From positions 11,594,001-11,658,000 of the forward strand of contig NC_043017.1 of the NCBI RefSeq assembly GCF_006345805.1: DNA of 64,000 bases, in the 5' to 3' direction. The translations under genes were made by a program, and so were the position numbers. The notes under the pieces were generated by a model. It ran no database searches and was not told the origin of the DNA. It saw nothing but the letters and a program-made list of their open reading frames with translations. This document shows, in pieces, positions 60,383 through 64,000 of the stretch (within the stretch, counting starts at the first letter, position 1; each line of letters begins with the position of its first letter). This stretch comes from Octopus sinensis. Its lineage: Eukaryota.

Positions 60383-60792
60383 GTGAGCTGGCAGAAATGT
60401 TAGCATGCCAGGCAAAATGCTTAGCGGTATTTCGTCTGCGTTACGTTGTGAGTTCAAATTCCGCCGAGATCGACTTTGCCTTTCATCCTTTCGGGGTCGA
60501 TAAATTAAGTACCAGTTATGCACTGGGGTCGATGTAATTGACTTAATACCTATGTCTGTCCTTGTTTGTCCCCTCTGTGTTTAGCCCCTTGTGGGTAATA
60601 AAGAAATAGGTATTTCGTCTGTCTTTACGTTGTGAGTTCAAATTCCGCCGAGGTCGACTTTGCCTTTCATCCTTTCGGGGTCGATAAATTAAGTACCAGT
60701 TATGCACTGGGGTCGATGTAATTGACTTAATACCTATGTCTGTCCTTGTTTGTCCCCTCTATGTTTAGTCCCTTGCGAGTAATAAAGAAATA
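60383..60792 (+). mobile_element. SINE family B, partial dimer with 16-bp TSD
   Basis: GGTTTTCTTTCTTTCA at 60360-60375 and 60793-60808. Confidence 0.9.
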
Positions 60793-61247
60793 GGTTTTCT
60801 TTCTTTCATATTTAACAGCACGCGCCTTCTTTCTTACATCGTAAACTTCGTGGTTGGTGTCGAAGAATGGTTGCACGCCGTTTCCGTCGATTGTCCGTCA
60901 GCCATAATGCTTTTCCAATCGCCTGTCCTATTCTGTTGACCAGTTCTTATAATCTGTGAGTCTCAATCGACACTCTTTACTTACTAAATCTATCTATTAT
61001 AATCTGGTAATTTCTTTCGGAGATACGACGGCTTGTTGACGATCCCTTCTGTGACCGCAACTTTTATCTCGAACCAACAATCCTCCTTCATCGATAGTAA
61101 TACCAAGCCAAGGATTTCTGGAAATTATCCATGGGACTTACTCCGAAAGTTATCCAGAACAGATCAATCACTTCACTTCATTGACGCCAAGGGTTTCATC
61201 CGAGAATGCCGTCGTTTTTGCTCACCACTAATCTTTTATAGAACACG

Positions 61248-61372
61248 TATGTATGTATGTATGTATGTATGTATGTATGTATGTTGTATGTATGTATGTA
61301 TGTATGTATGTATGTTTGTATGTATGTATGTTTGTATGTATGTATGTATGTATGTATGTATGTTTGTTTGTA
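61248..61372. repeat. (TATG)n microsatellite
   Basis: Direct reading. Confidence 0.95.
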
Positions 61373-62029
61373 TAATGATGGATTCTCTCATCATGAATAA
61401 CAAATGAGGGTTCAGTAAATTAAAGCGGTAATCATGTTCTCTGGATGTGAATGCATCTCTTGAGGCCTGCTGCTGCCTTGCAAACCTTTTGGCTAAAGGA
61501 ACAAGTTGAGGACTTAGTTTGCTTGAGTGCTTGGGGCTCATTCAGTACGTGTTTTCTTGAGTGGGCGGCATGGCCTGCTTTGGTTCCTGCTACAAAACCA
61601 CAACGACAGGTAAGGTTTCTATTTAGTGCCTTGATGCTTGCACGAAGTTGGTCCCAATGCTAGGGTCGACTTCTCTCAAATCTTTGAACTGAGGAGAAGC
61701 AGGACTGGCGCCAGGTCCTGCGTTTTTGGTACTTTTTCTCAGAAAGAAAAGGGAATGTTGTATCGCTTCAGATTGTCTTTTAGCCATGTGTACGTCTATG
61801 TGTGTGTGTGTGTATGTGTGCAAGCGCACGCGTTTGTCTCCCAACCACCATTTGATGGCGGGTGTTGGTTTGTTTACGACCCCATCCCCACAACTTTGGG
61901 ATTCGGCACAAGAGATCGATAGAACGAGTGCCACTCTTAAAGCATAAGTACTGAGATCGATTTCTTCGACGGGAATCCCCTTGGAGGCGGTGCCCCAGGA
62001 TGGTCGCAGGCCAATGTCTCCAACAAAAG

Positions 62030-62031
62030 AT

Positions 62032-62081
<50 letters not shown>

Positions 62082-62325
62082 GTGTTTGTGTTAGGGGTTT
62101 GGGCTCAATTTGTGAGGGTGAGGTGGGTATATGTAATTGACTGATGTAAGTCGACTTTGATTTGCTATAGTTGCCCGTATTCTCCTTCAACTACGTTTGT
62201 GTATACAGAGTGTGTATACATACATACATACATACATACATACATACATACATACAAATATATATGTGCGTATATATATATACATATATATATACACATA
62301 TATGTGTGTGCATATATATGTATTA

Positions 62326-62357
<32 letters not shown>

Positions 62358-62504
62358 CATATATATATATACACATATATGTGTGTGCATATATATGTAT
62401 ATATATATATATGTATGTATGTATCTCTCTATATAGTGTATACGTAGTATCTAAATAGTGTGTTTGCAGTTTGTGTCAGTATTTGCGTGTGTTGGTTTGC
62501 TTGT

Positions 62505-62549
<45 letters not shown>

Positions 62550-63527
62550 TGTGTGTTCTTGTGTGTGATTGTGTGTGTTTGTATACAACAATCTCGGCAC
62601 CTGTTATTTCCCACACCCTCAACTCTATTCCATTTTGTCCGGGCTAGGGACCAAGATGGCGACTAAACGGTGCTGGTGTTGGGGAATGGGTGGGTGGGTG
62701 GTGAAAGTGGGGGGTCGTGTCGGTGCTGGTGATGTTGGCATTGGTTATGGTGGTGGTGGTGGTGGTGGTAGTGGTTCTCAGAGTTCGTACTAGCAGTGTT
62801 AGGTGTTGTTGTTGTTGGTAGTATTGGTGGTGTAGGAAGTGGTGGCTGTTTGTGTTGTCGATGGCAGCGGCGTTGGTGTTGGTGGTGGCAGTGGTGGATG
62901 TGGTGGTGGATGTGGTGGTAGTGGATGTAATGGTGGTTGCAGGTAATGAAAGTGTTGTCGAAGGCGGTGGTGTTGGTAATAGTGATTGCAGTGGTGATGG
63001 CCAGGGTAAGGTTGGCTGTGTATGGGAAGGGAGACGGAACTCCTTCACACCTTCTCGTCTTACTTGTTATTGTCATATCTCTGATCTCCCACGCGACTCC
63101 CCTCCTCTCTCTTCTACTCTTCGAGGCTACCACCTTTTCCTCTATCTTCTTTTCCTCTCTTTCTCTCTCCCATCCATCTATCTGCCTGTCTGTCTTTCTG
63201 TCTGTCCGTCCGTCCATCTGTCCGTCTGACTTCTGTGTGTCTATTTGGCTATCAAAGTATTTAGCCATGTGTTATGTCTACACACATGCATACACACACA
63301 TATGTATGTATATGTGTACACACACACACATATGTATGTATATGTGTACACACACACACATATGTATGTATATGTGTACACACACACACACACACATACA
63401 CACACACATATGTATGTATATGTGTACACACACACACACATACACACACACATATGTATGTATATGTGTACACACACACACACATATGTATGTATATGTG
63501 TACACACACACATATGTATGTATATGT

Positions 63528-63563
<36 letters not shown>

Positions 63564-63874
63564 ACACACATATGTATGTATATGTGTACACACACACACA
63601 CATACACATATGTATGTATATGTGTACACCACACACACACATATGTATGTATATGTGTACACACACACACATATGTATGTATATGTGTATACACACATAC
63701 ACATGTATGTATACGTGTACACACACACACACACACATAAGGGTGTATGTATATGCATATATGTCCGTACAAATATATGTATGTGCATATGCGTATGCGT
63801 TTATATATAGATATTTATATATATGCACACATACACACACACACATACACTCTTGCATTCACTTTTCCTTCCTT

Positions 63875-63907
<33 letters not shown>

Positions 63908-64000
63908 CTCCCTCTCTTCCTCTCCCCTCTCATTTATATTTTTCCTTCTATCCTCCCATTCTCCCCACCTCTTATCACCATTCCTTACCCCCTGTCCCCA
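62030..64000. repeat. Compound low-complexity block: (CA)n, (TACA)n, (TA)n, (GT)n, (GGT)n, TATG/CA minisatellite, terminal pyrimidine tract
   Basis: Direct reading; source of the spurious H/T/C/V/Y-rich ORFs. Confidence 0.95.

Noticed and set aside
61236-63858. Long ORFs up to 267 aa rich in H/T/Y/V/C
   Set aside because: Produced by stop-free microsatellites; no coding signal.

Overview
AT-rich, repeat-dense animal genomic DNA. The SINE/LINE/MITE landscape resembles an octopus (coleoid cephalopod) genome; this is inferred from recalled repeat families, not from a search. The main content is the 5' three-quarters of a VPS8 (CORVET subunit) gene on the minus strand. I traced 33 coding exons from the ATG at 54065 down to 614. 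All have GT-AG boundaries and compatible phases, and they join into 3129 nt / 1043 codons with no stop. The gene continues past the left edge. Introns and the upstream region hold RTE, CR1 and R4/Dong-like LINE fragments, several SINE families, two mariner relics, an internally deleted piggyBac element with related TTAA MITEs, two Helitron-like elements and many microsatellites. No CRISPR, rRNA or genuine tRNA genes were found, and I cannot claim a confirmed novel system. The most intriguing signal is a recurring set of long fold-back inverted repeats and short motifs resembling minimal hammerhead ribozymes of Penelope-like elements (best copy 57025-57059). Also notable are inverted SINE pairs bracketing in-frame exon blocks (candidate circRNA/ADAR substrates), a duplicated splice acceptor in intron 21, and weak candidate first exons of other genes near 60-61.6 kb.
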